DNA from: an uncultured Acidimicrobiaceae bacterium
GTDB lineage: Bacteria; Actinomycetota; Acidimicrobiia; Acidimicrobiales; Bog-793
Direction: 5' to 3'
Length of the DNA: 64,000 nt
NCBI GenBank assembly: GCA_963725215.1
Contig: CAVRXQ010000007.1
Coordinates: 658,743-722,742 of the forward strand
Shown: one piece after another, positions 40,445-49,198 of the stretch
Layout of the letters: each line of letters begins with the position of its first letter
How positions within the stretch are numbered: the first letter of the stretch is position 1
Notes under the pieces: generated by a model
Told to the model about the DNA's origin: nothing
The model's input: the letters and a program-made list of their open reading frames with translations, nothing else
Databases searched by the model: none
Program-made: the position numbers and the translations under genes

Positions 40445-42934
40445 TTACGCCGGGATCTCGACGATTCGACAGCCCGGCGCCGCCTCAGCCAACGTCTCGA
40501 CGACGTGCGGGTGGCAGGTGAAGGCGATCACTTGGTGCGACGCGGCGGTCTCCGCGATCACCTCGGCGACGGCCGTCGAGCGCTCGGGGTCGAAGTTCAC
40601 GAGCACGTCGTCGAGGACGAAGGGGAGCGCGACGGATCGCTCGGCGTGGACCGACGCGAGGCCGAATCGCAGGCACAGGTAAAGCTGCTCTTGGGTGCCT
40701 CGGCTCAGGGACGCCGCGTCTACCGAAGAACCGTTCTTCGTCATCGCAACGACGGCTCGGCCCGAGCCTCGTTCGTCCTCGCGTGCGACGAGCCGCTCGT
40801 ACCGGCCGTCGGTGACGAGGGCGAAGAGTTCGCTCGCCTTCGCGATCACCGCAGGTTGTCGCTCGCGTTCGTAGTGATCCATCGTCTCGCGCAGAAGTTC
40901 GCGCGCGATTCCCAATGTCAGCCACTCTCGAAGCGCGTCCCGCAACTCCCCACAGAGCGGGGCGCTTTCTATCTCCAACCGAGCGATCTCGGCGGAGTTT
41001 TCGAGCTCAGCTAGCTCGCGTGCCGCCGCAGCCTCGTCGTCTCGAATTTTCCGCCAAATTGCACGCGCCTCTTCGATCGCCGAGATCGTCCGAACGCGTT
41101 CCGCCTCCCACGCCGGGCGATCGCCTTCCGCGAGCAATAACTCGAAGCGCTCGGCCTTATTGCCGGACCCGATCGTCTCCACGAGGCTTGCACGAGCTTT
41201 GGTCAACTCGTCCTCGATTGAACGGCGCTCAGCGGCGCGTCGTTCGGACGCTTCGAGCGCTGAGGAGAGTCTCAAACAGGTCGCGCTGGAAGGCGCGTCG
41301 TCATCGATATCGCACGCGAGCGCGGCCGATCGCGTACGGTCGTCGAACTCTTCGATTCGCGATCTTTCGCCACGCAGCGCGTCGTCCACCGCCAAGCGTC
41401 GCTCCTCGAGGTCGGAAAGTTCGACGTCGAGCTTGGCGATCGCTTCGGCCTCTTTGTCGAGGCGTTCTCTCAGTGCGAGTTCTTCGTCGAGCCCGAGCGA
41501 CAACGACTCGATCTCAGAAAGAAGGGGAGCTTTCGCGAGGCCGACGGCAGACGAGAATCGAGCGATCTCCTCCGACAACCGGTCAACGTCGACAGATGCG
41601 GGAGGTCGATGCGCATCGTCGAGTTCGGGAGCGCCGCGCGCTTCGCGTCTGCCCGCCCGGCGTGCGACGACGATCACCACCACGACGGCGAGCGCCGCAA
41701 CGAACGCGAGCGCCGCGGTCACGGACTGGTGGCGGACCACGCCGACGACGCCTCCGACGACCGCGAGCGCGGCCGCGAGCACGAGTCCGACGACCATTCC
41801 CTCGCTCACACCGGGCCGCTTGGCCGCTTCGGCTGCAATGAGCATCGCGTCGTGCTGGGCTCGGATCGTGAGGAACTGGTCGCGTTGCTGAACGAGGGAG
41901 CGAATCGACCGCAGTCGATGCTGGTCGGCTCGGATCTCCGCGTCCGGTCTCGCGCGTGGCGCGAATTCGTCCAGCCGATCGGCCCGTCGTGCGCGTTCTT
42001 CGGCGAGCTCTCTGACCCCGTTGTCGATGCCGTCACGTTGCCGGCGCAGGGTCCCGAGCTTCTCGAGGCGTTCGAGGTGGCCGGAGCGGTCTTCCACGAG
42101 CGAACGGATCTCGGCCGTTCTTTCGCGGAGCTCGTAGTCGGATTCTGGTGGGTCGTCGAGTTCTCGAAGACGAGTCTCGGCATCTCTCAACCGGTTCCAT
42201 GCGGGCCCCGCGGCGAGCAGTTCATCGAGCTCGGCGCGCCTCGCGGTGAGCGCGTCCTCGCGCTCGGAAGCAGCTGAGGTCTGTTTCGCGAGTTCTCGAA
42301 GGCGCGCGGCAGAAGCCGCGTACCCGGAGGCTTCGGCCCTCTTCGCGCGCAGTTGCCGGCGCGTGTCTTCGAGACGACGGGCGAGGTCGTTCGCCCGCGC
42401 CCTCGCGCGCGGCTTTAGGAGTTCTGACTGACGATCGCCGAGTTGGCGGACGGCTTGTGTCGCCGAGCGTCCGGCACCGAGTACCCCGGCCGTGAAGATC
42501 AGGTCGCGTACCTCGTCTGATTCAAGGTTCTCGAGCGAGATGAGCTCGGAAAGCCCGAACGCGAAAACTGTGCGAAAGACGTTCGCGTCCGCTCCGCCGA
42601 GAAGTGCGCGGAGCTCTTCTTCACCGCCGGTCTCTCCGTTCGGACCCGTGACGAGCGCGCCGCGCCGATCGGCGTGCCGCTCGATCGTCCACTCGCGCCC
42701 CTCGTCGTCGAGCACCCGCAGTGATCCCCCGTGGCGGCCGCCGCGAAGCGGTTCGTGTTTCGAGATGCTCCGTTCCCTCGGGAAACCGAAGAGCACAAAG
42801 CGCACGAAATCGAGGAGCGTTGACTTCCCGGCCTCGTTTGGCCCGGAGATGACGGTGAGACGGGGCGACAATTCCTCGATCGTGAACCCGGACAAAGTTC
42901 CGAATCCGTCGACGTCGAGCCGGCGGAGCTTCAT
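40445..42934 (-). CDS. SbcC/YhaN-like SMC-type AAA ATPase with a central transmembrane hairpin
   Basis: Walker A is GPNEAGKST at the N-terminus. Long Arg/Glu/Leu-rich coiled coil. Hydrophobic hairpin GMVVGLVLAAALAVVGGVVGVV...TAALAFVAALAVVVVIVVA falls at about aa 379-425. C-terminal signature-like LSRGTQEQLYL and Walker B PFVLDDVLVNFD. The ATG overlaps the upstream stop (ATGA). Confidence 0.8.
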   Translation of the reverse strand: MKLRRLDVDGFGTLSGFTIEELSPRLTVISGPNEAGKSTLLDFVRFVLFGFPRERSISKHEPLRGGRHGGSLRVLDDEGREWTIERHADRRGALVTGPNGETGGEEELRALLGGADANVFRTVFAFGLSELISLENLESDEVRDLIFTAGVLGAGRSATQAVRQLGDRQSELLKPRARARANDLARRLEDTRRQLRAKRAEASGYAASAARLRELAKQTSAASEREDALTARRAELDELLAAGPAWNRLRDAETRLRELDDPPESDYELRERTAEIRSLVEDRSGHLERLEKLGTLRRQRDGIDNGVRELAEERARRADRLDEFAPRARPDAEIRADQHRLRSIRSLVQQRDQFLTIRAQHDAMLIAAEAAKRPGVSEGMVVGLVLAAALAVVGGVVGVVRHQSVTAALAFVAALAVVVVIVVARRAGRREARGAPELDDAHRPPASVDVDRLSEEIARFSSAVGLAKAPLLSEIESLSLGLDEELALRERLDKEAEAIAKLDVELSDLEERRLAVDDALRGERSRIEEFDDRTRSAALACDIDDDAPSSATCLRLSSALEASERRAAERRSIEDELTKARASLVETIGSGNKAERFELLLAEGDRPAWEAERVRTISAIEEARAIWRKIRDDEAAAARELAELENSAEIARLEIESAPLCGELRDALREWLTLGIARELLRETMDHYERERQPAVIAKASELFALVTDGRYERLVAREDERGSGRAVVAMTKNGSSVDAASLSRGTQEQLYLCLRFGLASVHAERSVALPFVLDDVLVNFDPERSTAVAEVIAETAASHQVIAFTCHPHVVETLAEAAPGCRIVEIPA

Positions 42935-44235
42935 TGCTGATCCGTCGAGATCGATTCGAGTGCGACGCTGGTCGCTCTCTCGAAGAGCTTGGTGAGTTCT
43001 ATTTCGTCGTCGACGATCGCGCGCAATTCCCCGGTGACGATCCCCGGGACGTTCTGGAGGAGGCGGTCCGCGAGGTCGCGCAGAGCCGTTTGATCTACCG
43101 AACGCGCGTCCGCCACCGCAAGCAGGTCGGAGGCGAAGTCTCCTCTCCGGCGGATCTCCTCGCGAGAAAGTGGCGAGAGGGTTCTGTCTTCGACGTCGTC
43201 CCACCACAAAAACGGTCGAGACGTCTCCGTGCGATCGCGAAGGGCCTGTCGCAGCCCGTCGAGGTATCCGGGTCGCGCGAAATCGCTGTGCAACGGTCCG
43301 TGACCGGTGAGTCGTGCTCGCAGGACGAGCGAGCGACCGTCAGCATTTGCAAGCTCCCCGTCGGCGGCGCTCGCCAAATTCTCGATCAGCGTCGAGAGAT
43401 CCTCGATGTCGTCGATCGGACAGCGGATCTGCTGGAAACGGACCCGATCACACGGGACGAACTCGGGACTCTCGATTACTCCTTCGGTGACCTGCACGAC
43501 GAGTGCGCCCTTCGCAGCCCGCTCGGAGCGCTTCAAACTGCGCGCCTGGGTGTTGCCGGGGTAGACGATCCACGGATCGCCCGGGCCGCTGCCCTCTGCG
43601 ACGATCTCGCGGGCGTGGATGTGCCCGAGTGCCCAGTAGTCGAGTCGGGTGCTCTTCAAGTCGGCGACGGTGCACGGGCAGTAGTTCCCATGTCCTGCCT
43701 CGCTACCGACGTTGCAGTGCAAAAGCCCGATGTGGACGCCCGGACCTTGTGGGCGGATAAAGCGCAGCGCGAGGTTCTCGGTCACTTGGCGCGAGGCGTA
43801 GCTGATGCCCTGCACCGTGGCGACGACGTCGTCGCCTCGAAGAACGGGGATGCACTCGACCTCGCGGGAGGAAAACACCGTTGTGCGCTCTGGCCAAGTA
43901 GAAACTGCGGACCAGCCGGTCTCGACGGGGTCGTGGTTGCCGTGGACGACGAAGGACGAGATGCCTTCGCTGCTCAACAGTTCGAGACCAGCGCGGAAAT
44001 GCGCCTGGGCGCGCACCCCGCGCTCCGCGCCGTCGTAGATGTCGCCCGCGAAGAGGACAAAGGCGCACTCGCGCTCAAGTGCCAAATCGACGATCTCATC
44101 GAATGCCGCGAGGGAGGCTTCGCGAAGTTCGTCCGCCACGTGCGGCACGAGCTCGTGGAGCTCCGAGAACGGGGTGTCCAAGTGGAGGTCCGCGGCGTGG
44201 ACGAAGCGGAACGAGCCCGCGCTGGCATCTGCCAT
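42931..44235 (-). CDS. SbcD/YhaO-like metallophosphoesterase (DNA repair exonuclease family)
   Basis: Calcineurin-like phosphoesterase motifs HAADLHLD, FAGDIYDG, VHGNHDP and GHIH. Confidence 0.82.
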   Translation of the reverse strand: MADASAGSFRFVHAADLHLDTPFSELHELVPHVADELREASLAAFDEIVDLALERECAFVLFAGDIYDGAERGVRAQAHFRAGLELLSSEGISSFVVHGNHDPVETGWSAVSTWPERTTVFSSREVECIPVLRGDDVVATVQGISYASRQVTENLALRFIRPQGPGVHIGLLHCNVGSEAGHGNYCPCTVADLKSTRLDYWALGHIHAREIVAEGSGPGDPWIVYPGNTQARSLKRSERAAKGALVVQVTEGVIESPEFVPCDRVRFQQIRCPIDDIEDLSTLIENLASAADGELANADGRSLVLRARLTGHGPLHSDFARPGYLDGLRQALRDRTETSRPFLWWDDVEDRTLSPLSREEIRRRGDFASDLLAVADARSVDQTALRDLADRLLQNVPGIVTGELRAIVDDEIELTKLFERATSVALESISTDQQ

Positions 44236-44285
44236 CGACGCGGCAGGCTATCGAGCGGCTGTCTCGAAGCGTGTGATCAGGAATT

Positions 44286-46001
44286 TCAGGTGGTGCCGTG
44301 GCTCGAGACCGAGATCGGGTGGCGCCAAACGAGGATCTCGAGTCCGTAGGCGAGCCAGTCGTGAATCGGTTTGCCGAAGGTCGCCGTCGCGCTGAGGACG
44401 TTGACGTTTCCGAAGTTCAGGTCAGGATTCAAGACGATGAATTGGAACTTGTGCCCCGCGTACCACGACGAGTCGGACTCGCGGTCGTAGCGGACGAGCG
44501 TGCCCTCGGGAGTCGCGGTCACGGCGCGAACGACCACAGCGTTGCTCGAATCGACCGTCACGATCGACGACGTCCAGTAGTCGCCGAGCCCTTCGTGGAG
44601 GTGGTGCCGTTCGAGGAAGGTCGCAATCTTCGCGTAGGGATCGAAGGGGCGCGTCTGAGCGAGTTGGTATCCCGCACCCGAGGCGAGCACGGCGACGACG
44701 CAGAAGGCGACGACCGCGGTCGCGGCCGGTATCGAACGCGGCATCACCTCGCGGGACTTTGCGAAGTGCGCGGCGAGCCGAGTGGCGAAGCGCGCGGCAA
44801 GGATCGTCCCGAAGATAAGCGAGGGAACGAGATAGCGGGCGTAAGCGATGAGCGGTGCAGTCGTGAGGGCGAGAAAGACGATCACGCCGCCGATCGCCGC
44901 GAGGACGAGCATGTCGTCGATCGTCGAGCGGCGAAGAGACGACGGTTCCCGCCGGTCTCCGATCGCTGCACCCTTCACGAGCGCGCCGAGCGCGACGAGC
45001 GCGCTCGCCACGATGACGACGAGGACGACGGCGTGCCCGTACTTGAAGGACACCGGCGCGCCGCCCGTGCCGTACGCGGTGTTTCCCACGCCCACGAGAT
45101 CTGCGAAGTAGTGCCCGGCGAGCGTGAGGTTCGAACCGAACATCATCGAGTACGGCGCACGCGGGTTCGCTTTGATGAGGGTGAAGGTCCCGATGGCCTT
45201 CGCCACCTCGCGCACGACGAGGGCCAGCGCGACGCTCACCGCAGCAGCGCTCGTCGACGGCAACGCCACCGTTGCTCTTCGCGAACGCAGCGCTGCGACG
45301 ATTCCCGCGAGGAATAGGGGGATCGTTCCGAGCGCGACGACTTGCAGATCTCCGAGCGCTCCGGCGGCCAAGAAGATGACCGCGACCGCCCAACGCCAAT
45401 CGAATCGGTGGTACTGCATCGCAGCGAACGCGATGAGGCAACACAACACGGTGTCGATGTGCAGCGGGCCGCGCAGAAAGAAGTAAGCGAGCAGTCGCGT
45501 CGGGAAGGCGAGGAACGCGACGACGACACCAGCTCCGACGAGCCCGATGAGTCCGCGTTGACCGTCTCTGGCGAACAACGCTCCGCTGACGACGACGAGC
45601 GCGGCAATCACCGCCGGGACGAAATGCAAAAGGTAGCCGTGGATGCCGACGAGACCGACGGCCACCGCGTAGTACAACGCGTCGAGTAGCCAGAACGAAT
45701 CGTACGAGAGCGCCCAGCCGTGCAACGCGATGTCGCCGTGGACAATCGAGTTGCCCTCGAGGACGACGGTCGCGCCGTCGGAGTCCGGGAGGTACGAGTG
45801 GGCAGAAAGGAGGTATAAGAACGCGCTCAGCGCGACGAAGGCGACGAGCACCCCGACGACGAGGAGGACGAGGCGCCTTTGCCGCGAGACCCGGGCGCCC
45901 TCCTCGGCGGGCGGCGCCTCGGTGACGAAACGGATCGAGGACGCGCGCGGCGCGTCCTCGAGGGTTTCGGACATGGGGAAAAGGTACTTGGCGACCGCCA
46001 T
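44286..46001 (-). CDS. polytopic membrane protein, GT-C-like putative glycosyltransferase
   Basis: About 12 hydrophobic segments, a DSD motif in the first loop right after TM1 (SYLPDSDGATV), and a ~110-aa soluble C-terminal domain. Family call is tentative. An alternative start is ATG 45974. Confidence 0.5.
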   Translation of the reverse strand: MAVAKYLFPMSETLEDAPRASSIRFVTEAPPAEEGARVSRQRRLVLLVVGVLVAFVALSAFLYLLSAHSYLPDSDGATVVLEGNSIVHGDIALHGWALSYDSFWLLDALYYAVAVGLVGIHGYLLHFVPAVIAALVVVSGALFARDGQRGLIGLVGAGVVVAFLAFPTRLLAYFFLRGPLHIDTVLCCLIAFAAMQYHRFDWRWAVAVIFLAAGALGDLQVVALGTIPLFLAGIVAALRSRRATVALPSTSAAAVSVALALVVREVAKAIGTFTLIKANPRAPYSMMFGSNLTLAGHYFADLVGVGNTAYGTGGAPVSFKYGHAVVLVVIVASALVALGALVKGAAIGDRREPSSLRRSTIDDMLVLAAIGGVIVFLALTTAPLIAYARYLVPSLIFGTILAARFATRLAAHFAKSREVMPRSIPAATAVVAFCVVAVLASGAGYQLAQTRPFDPYAKIATFLERHHLHEGLGDYWTSSIVTVDSSNAVVVRAVTATPEGTLVRYDRESDSSWYAGHKFQFIVLNPDLNFGNVNVLSATATFGKPIHDWLAYGLEILVWRHPISVSSHGTT

Positions 46002-46010
46002 TTCGGCGGC

Positions 46011-46024
46011 CGATCTCGAGATCG
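46011..46024. repeat. perfect 14-bp palindrome cgatctcgagatcg in a divergent intergenic region
   Basis: Read directly; the sequence is its own reverse complement. It lies between the divergent genes at 44286-46001 (-) and 46097-47482 (+). Confidence 0.6.
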
Positions 46025-46096
46025 TTCCTGCTCGCCTCGCCCGAACCGGCAGTACGAGCCTCAGTAGGCTGTGAGCAGGATATTTCGGGAGCGGAG

Positions 46097-47482
46097 ATGG
46101 GATTCGACCTTCACAGCTTGCTCGAGGACCACAAGGGCGAGAACTTCGATCGGTACGCGCGGTGCATCAATCCGCAACTCGTTCGGGTCCTCTCGTCGAT
46201 CGGGTTCGACCGCCAGTACGTGAGCGCGGACGGCGCCTACCTCTACGACGCGGATGGGAATCGGTATCTCGATTTCCTCGCCGGCTTCGGCGTGTTCGGG
46301 CTCGGGCGCGGCCACCCCGTGATCAAAAAGGCGCTCCACGAGGCGATCGACGCGGACCTGCCGAATCTCGTACAGATGGACGCGCCGCTGCTCGCCGGCG
46401 TACTCGCCGAAGAACTGCTCGGCCGTCTCCATCGAGGGCTCGGACGGATCTTCTTCACGAACTCCGGTGCAGAGGCGGTGGAAGCGGCGCTGAAGTTCGC
46501 GCGCTGCGCGACAGGACGCGACGGTGTCGTCCACGCGGACCACGCATTCCACGGCCTCACCTACGGCGCGCTTTCACTGAACGGAGGGCGCGAGTTCCGA
46601 AAGGGCTTCGGCTCACTTCTTCCCGGCAACACGGAAGTGGGATTCGGTGATGTCGAGGCGCTAGAACGCGCGCTCCGACGCCGAGACATCGCGGCATTCG
46701 TGATCGAAGTGATCCAAGGAAAAGGGGTCAATCTTGCCCCGCAGGAGTACTGGGACGCAGTCGGCGAGCTCTGCCGCAAATACGAGACGCTACTCGTAGT
46801 GGACGAGGTGCAGACCGGACTCGGGCGAACGGGCAATCTCTGGGCGTACGAGCACTATGGACTGACGCCCGACATCGTCACGATGTCGAAGGCTCTCTCT
46901 GGGGGATTCGTCCCGGTCGGAGCGATGGCGTGTTCGACTGCGGTATCGGACAAGGTCTACTCGTCGATGCAACGCGCGCTTGTTCACTCGTCGACGTTCA
47001 AGAACAATCAGCTCGCGATGGTTGCCGGGCTCGCGACGTTGAAGACGATCGACGACGAACAACTCGTCGATCGCGCGCGTCTCACGGGAATCGAGTTCGA
47101 AAAGGCGCTCGCCCCGCTGATCGAGCGTCACGAGAGCTTCTTGTCGGTGCGCGGCAAGGGACTGATGATCGGACTCGTCTTCGGAGAGCCGAAATCGCTC
47201 GGCCAGCGCACGCGCTTCAAGCTCCTCGAGGCCGCGCACACCGGCTTGTACTCACAGATCATCGTCGGGCCGCTGTTCGCTAGACACCGCATCCTCACCC
47301 AGGTCGCGGCGGACCAGATGAACGTCGTGAAGCTCCTGCCACCGCTCACGATCGGCCAGGAAGAAGTCGACTACTTCACCGAGGCGCTGGACGACGTCCT
47401 CACCGACGCCGAGAAGGGCTCGTCGTTGATCTTCGACTTCGGACGCTCCCTAATCAAAGGAGCGCGCCGACGGTCGAACTGA
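46097..47482 (+). CDS. class-III PLP-dependent aminotransferase
   Basis: NSGAEAVEAALKFAR, LLVVDEVQTGLGRTG, and the PLP lysine context DIVTMSKALSGGFVPVGA. Substrate cannot be assigned from sequence alone. Confidence 0.85.
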   Translation: MGFDLHSLLEDHKGENFDRYARCINPQLVRVLSSIGFDRQYVSADGAYLYDADGNRYLDFLAGFGVFGLGRGHPVIKKALHEAIDADLPNLVQMDAPLLAGVLAEELLGRLHRGLGRIFFTNSGAEAVEAALKFARCATGRDGVVHADHAFHGLTYGALSLNGGREFRKGFGSLLPGNTEVGFGDVEALERALRRRDIAAFVIEVIQGKGVNLAPQEYWDAVGELCRKYETLLVVDEVQTGLGRTGNLWAYEHYGLTPDIVTMSKALSGGFVPVGAMACSTAVSDKVYSSMQRALVHSSTFKNNQLAMVAGLATLKTIDDEQLVDRARLTGIEFEKALAPLIERHESFLSVRGKGLMIGLVFGEPKSLGQRTRFKLLEAAHTGLYSQIIVGPLFARHRILTQVAADQMNVVKLLPPLTIGQEEVDYFTEALDDVLTDAEKGSSLIFDFGRSLIKGARRRSN

Positions 47483-47504
47483 ACGATCGCGCATCGGCTG
47501 ATAA

Positions 47505-48539
47505 GTGAGGAAGGCCCGCGTTTCGAGGGTGCTCGTCGCGTTGGTCGTCGTCGCCGTCGGGACGACGTTTGCTGCGTGTCGGACGGACGATCCGACGACA
47601 GGTGGCCCAACGACCACGACGACGACTCTTCCCCAATCTGTCGGCGTCACGGGTTCCGGCGTCGGTGGACCCTTCGCTGCCGTCGGCCAGGTGTACCGCG
47701 TCGCCGTCGGCCGCCTCGGACGCAACCGGATCGCTCCCCGCGTCGACAAGGGTCAATTCGTCGCTCCGACGGTCCTTGTCGCGTACCGCCAGTTCGGTTC
47801 GGGACCGAACCTGCTCCTCATCTCCGGCGAGCACTCGACGATGACGTCGTGGGATCCGCGCTTTCTGCTCGCGTTGGCGGCGCATTACACGGTGACCGAG
47901 TTCGACTTCCCCGACGTCGGGTTCTCCGCCCCAGACGCGCGCTACACGAGTGTCACCGCGCTGGCCGATTACACGGCCGGGCTCGTCTGGGCGCTCGGGC
48001 TCGAGCGACCGACCGTGCTCGGCTGGGGGTTCGGTGGCGAGGTCGCGCTATCGCTCGTCGAACGCCATCCGGGCCTCATCTGGCGGCTCGTCCTTGCCGA
48101 CGCGACCGCGGGCGGCGCGTTATCGACTCCGCCGGCCACAGACGTCGCGCAATCGCTTGCCTCGCCCGTCGAGACGCCGACCGAGCTCTCATACCTCTTC
48201 TATCCGCTCGGAGCGGCATCGTCGCGGGCGACCTGGCTGTCGGATTCGTCGAAGGTGACCGCCGACGTGATGACCGCGGCCGCCGTGCTCCACGAGGCAA
48301 ACGTCGTCGCGAACGGGTACAGCTCCGACCGCGTCGAGAAGTCGCTCGGACAGGTCGGCATTCCGACGCTCGTCTTCGCTGGCGGCGAGGACGACGTCGT
48401 CCCGGCACAGAACGCGGACCTGCTCGCGGCGCTGATTCCGCACGCGCAATTTGACCTTTTCCCGCACGGCGGGTACGCCACCCTCTTCGAAGAGGCGCCG
48501 GCGGTGTTAAAGGACCTGCGGGGCTTCCTCGCCGGGTGA
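47505..48539 (+). CDS. alpha/beta-hydrolase-fold lipoprotein (nucleophile position apparently Gly)
   Basis: Lipobox VGTTFAAC. The alpha/beta-hydrolase layout reads LLISGEH...VLGWGFGGEVALS...FAGGEDDVV...PHGGY. The expected GxSxG elbow reads GWGFG. Confidence 0.65.
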   Translation: MRKARVSRVLVALVVVAVGTTFAACRTDDPTTGGPTTTTTTLPQSVGVTGSGVGGPFAAVGQVYRVAVGRLGRNRIAPRVDKGQFVAPTVLVAYRQFGSGPNLLLISGEHSTMTSWDPRFLLALAAHYTVTEFDFPDVGFSAPDARYTSVTALADYTAGLVWALGLERPTVLGWGFGGEVALSLVERHPGLIWRLVLADATAGGALSTPPATDVAQSLASPVETPTELSYLFYPLGAASSRATWLSDSSKVTADVMTAAAVLHEANVVANGYSSDRVEKSLGQVGIPTLVFAGGEDDVVPAQNADLLAALIPHAQFDLFPHGGYATLFEEAPAVLKDLRGFLAG

Positions 48540-48708
48540 GGCTCAGGCGATCCGAGCAAGCCCCGGCCGCCTCGATAACCTCGTTCGGTGGTGGGTCCTG
48601 GAACCTGGACCATCCCAACGGGTGCAAGTCCCGTCCGGGTAATCGCCGGAGAGCCCGGTAAAGGGACGAGGGGGCTTTGATTTTCTCGGGTGTCACTTCC
48701 ACGCCCGC

Positions 48709-49089
48709 ATGTCCGGCAAATTGTGGAAGCAGCGACGGATCATCCGCTACTACCTCAATCGCTGGCCGTCCGAGCGGTCGATGAAGCGCGCCCGACTACG
48801 GATCAAGGCTCTGACCGATCGAAGTCAGTGCGGTCAGGAGTTGGAGGTGGTGATCTTTCGCCTCAACCAGTTCCTTCGGGGCTGGGGCAACTGCTTCCGC
48901 ACCCGGGAACGCGGGGGACGAGTTCATCTCGTTGGACGGCTACGTTGCATGGCGGCTGACGCGTTGCTCATCAAGAAGCGTGGTCGCAACCTGCGTGGTG
49001 TCCAGGTGAACCGATGGACCCGCACGTGGTTCCATGACCAGGGCCTGCATCAACTCATCGGCACGATCAAGTACCCAAAGGCTGCGTAA
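48709..49089 (+). pseudogene. group II intron-encoded reverse transcriptase/maturase, C-terminal fragment with internal frame damage
   Basis: The 126-aa ORF has the maturase X-domain motif RGWGNCFRT. The expected segment GNAGDEFISLDGYVAWRLTR is readable only in another frame between about 48903 and 48965, implying two compensating indels. An upstream in-frame TAA lies near 48640. Confidence 0.7.
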
Positions 49090-49111
49090 CCATGTCCAGA
49101 AGACCGTCGGA

Positions 49112-49144
49112 GAGCCGGATGCGGGAAAAACGCACGTACGGATC
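49112..49144 (+). ncRNA. group II intron domain V-like hairpin
   Basis: gagccggatgcgggaaaaacgcacgtacggatc compared with the classic DV GAGCCGUAUGCGAUGAAAGUCGCACGUACGGUUC. The AGC triad, AC bulge and A-rich loop are retained. Two stem positions are mismatched (G.A). Confidence 0.65.
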
Positions 49145-49198
49145 GATAGGGGGATGGGGAAACGGACTGCTTTGTCGGCACCGCGCCCCTGACTACCA

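Larger units (their letters stand above)
48541..49196 (+). mobile_element. decayed 3-prime remnant of a group II intron (partial IEP, domain V and domain VI region)
   Basis: Contains RT-domain-7 and maturase (X) coding remnants (GFDFLGCHF, LNQFLRGWGNCFRT, IKKRGRNL, WFHDQGLHQLIGTIKYPKAA). A domain V-like hairpin follows at 49112-49144. No 5-prime intron domains or RT N-terminus are present. Confidence 0.75.

Noticed and set aside
48541-49196. Active group II intron, or a diversity-generating retroelement using the RT fragment with the propeller paralogs as targets
   Set aside because: Only the 3-prime ~650 nt survive: there are no domains I-III and no RT domains 0-5, and the IEP has a stop and frame damage. 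The RT carries a maturase X motif and is followed by domain V, which marks a group II intron rather than a DGR. No template/variable repeat pair was seen.
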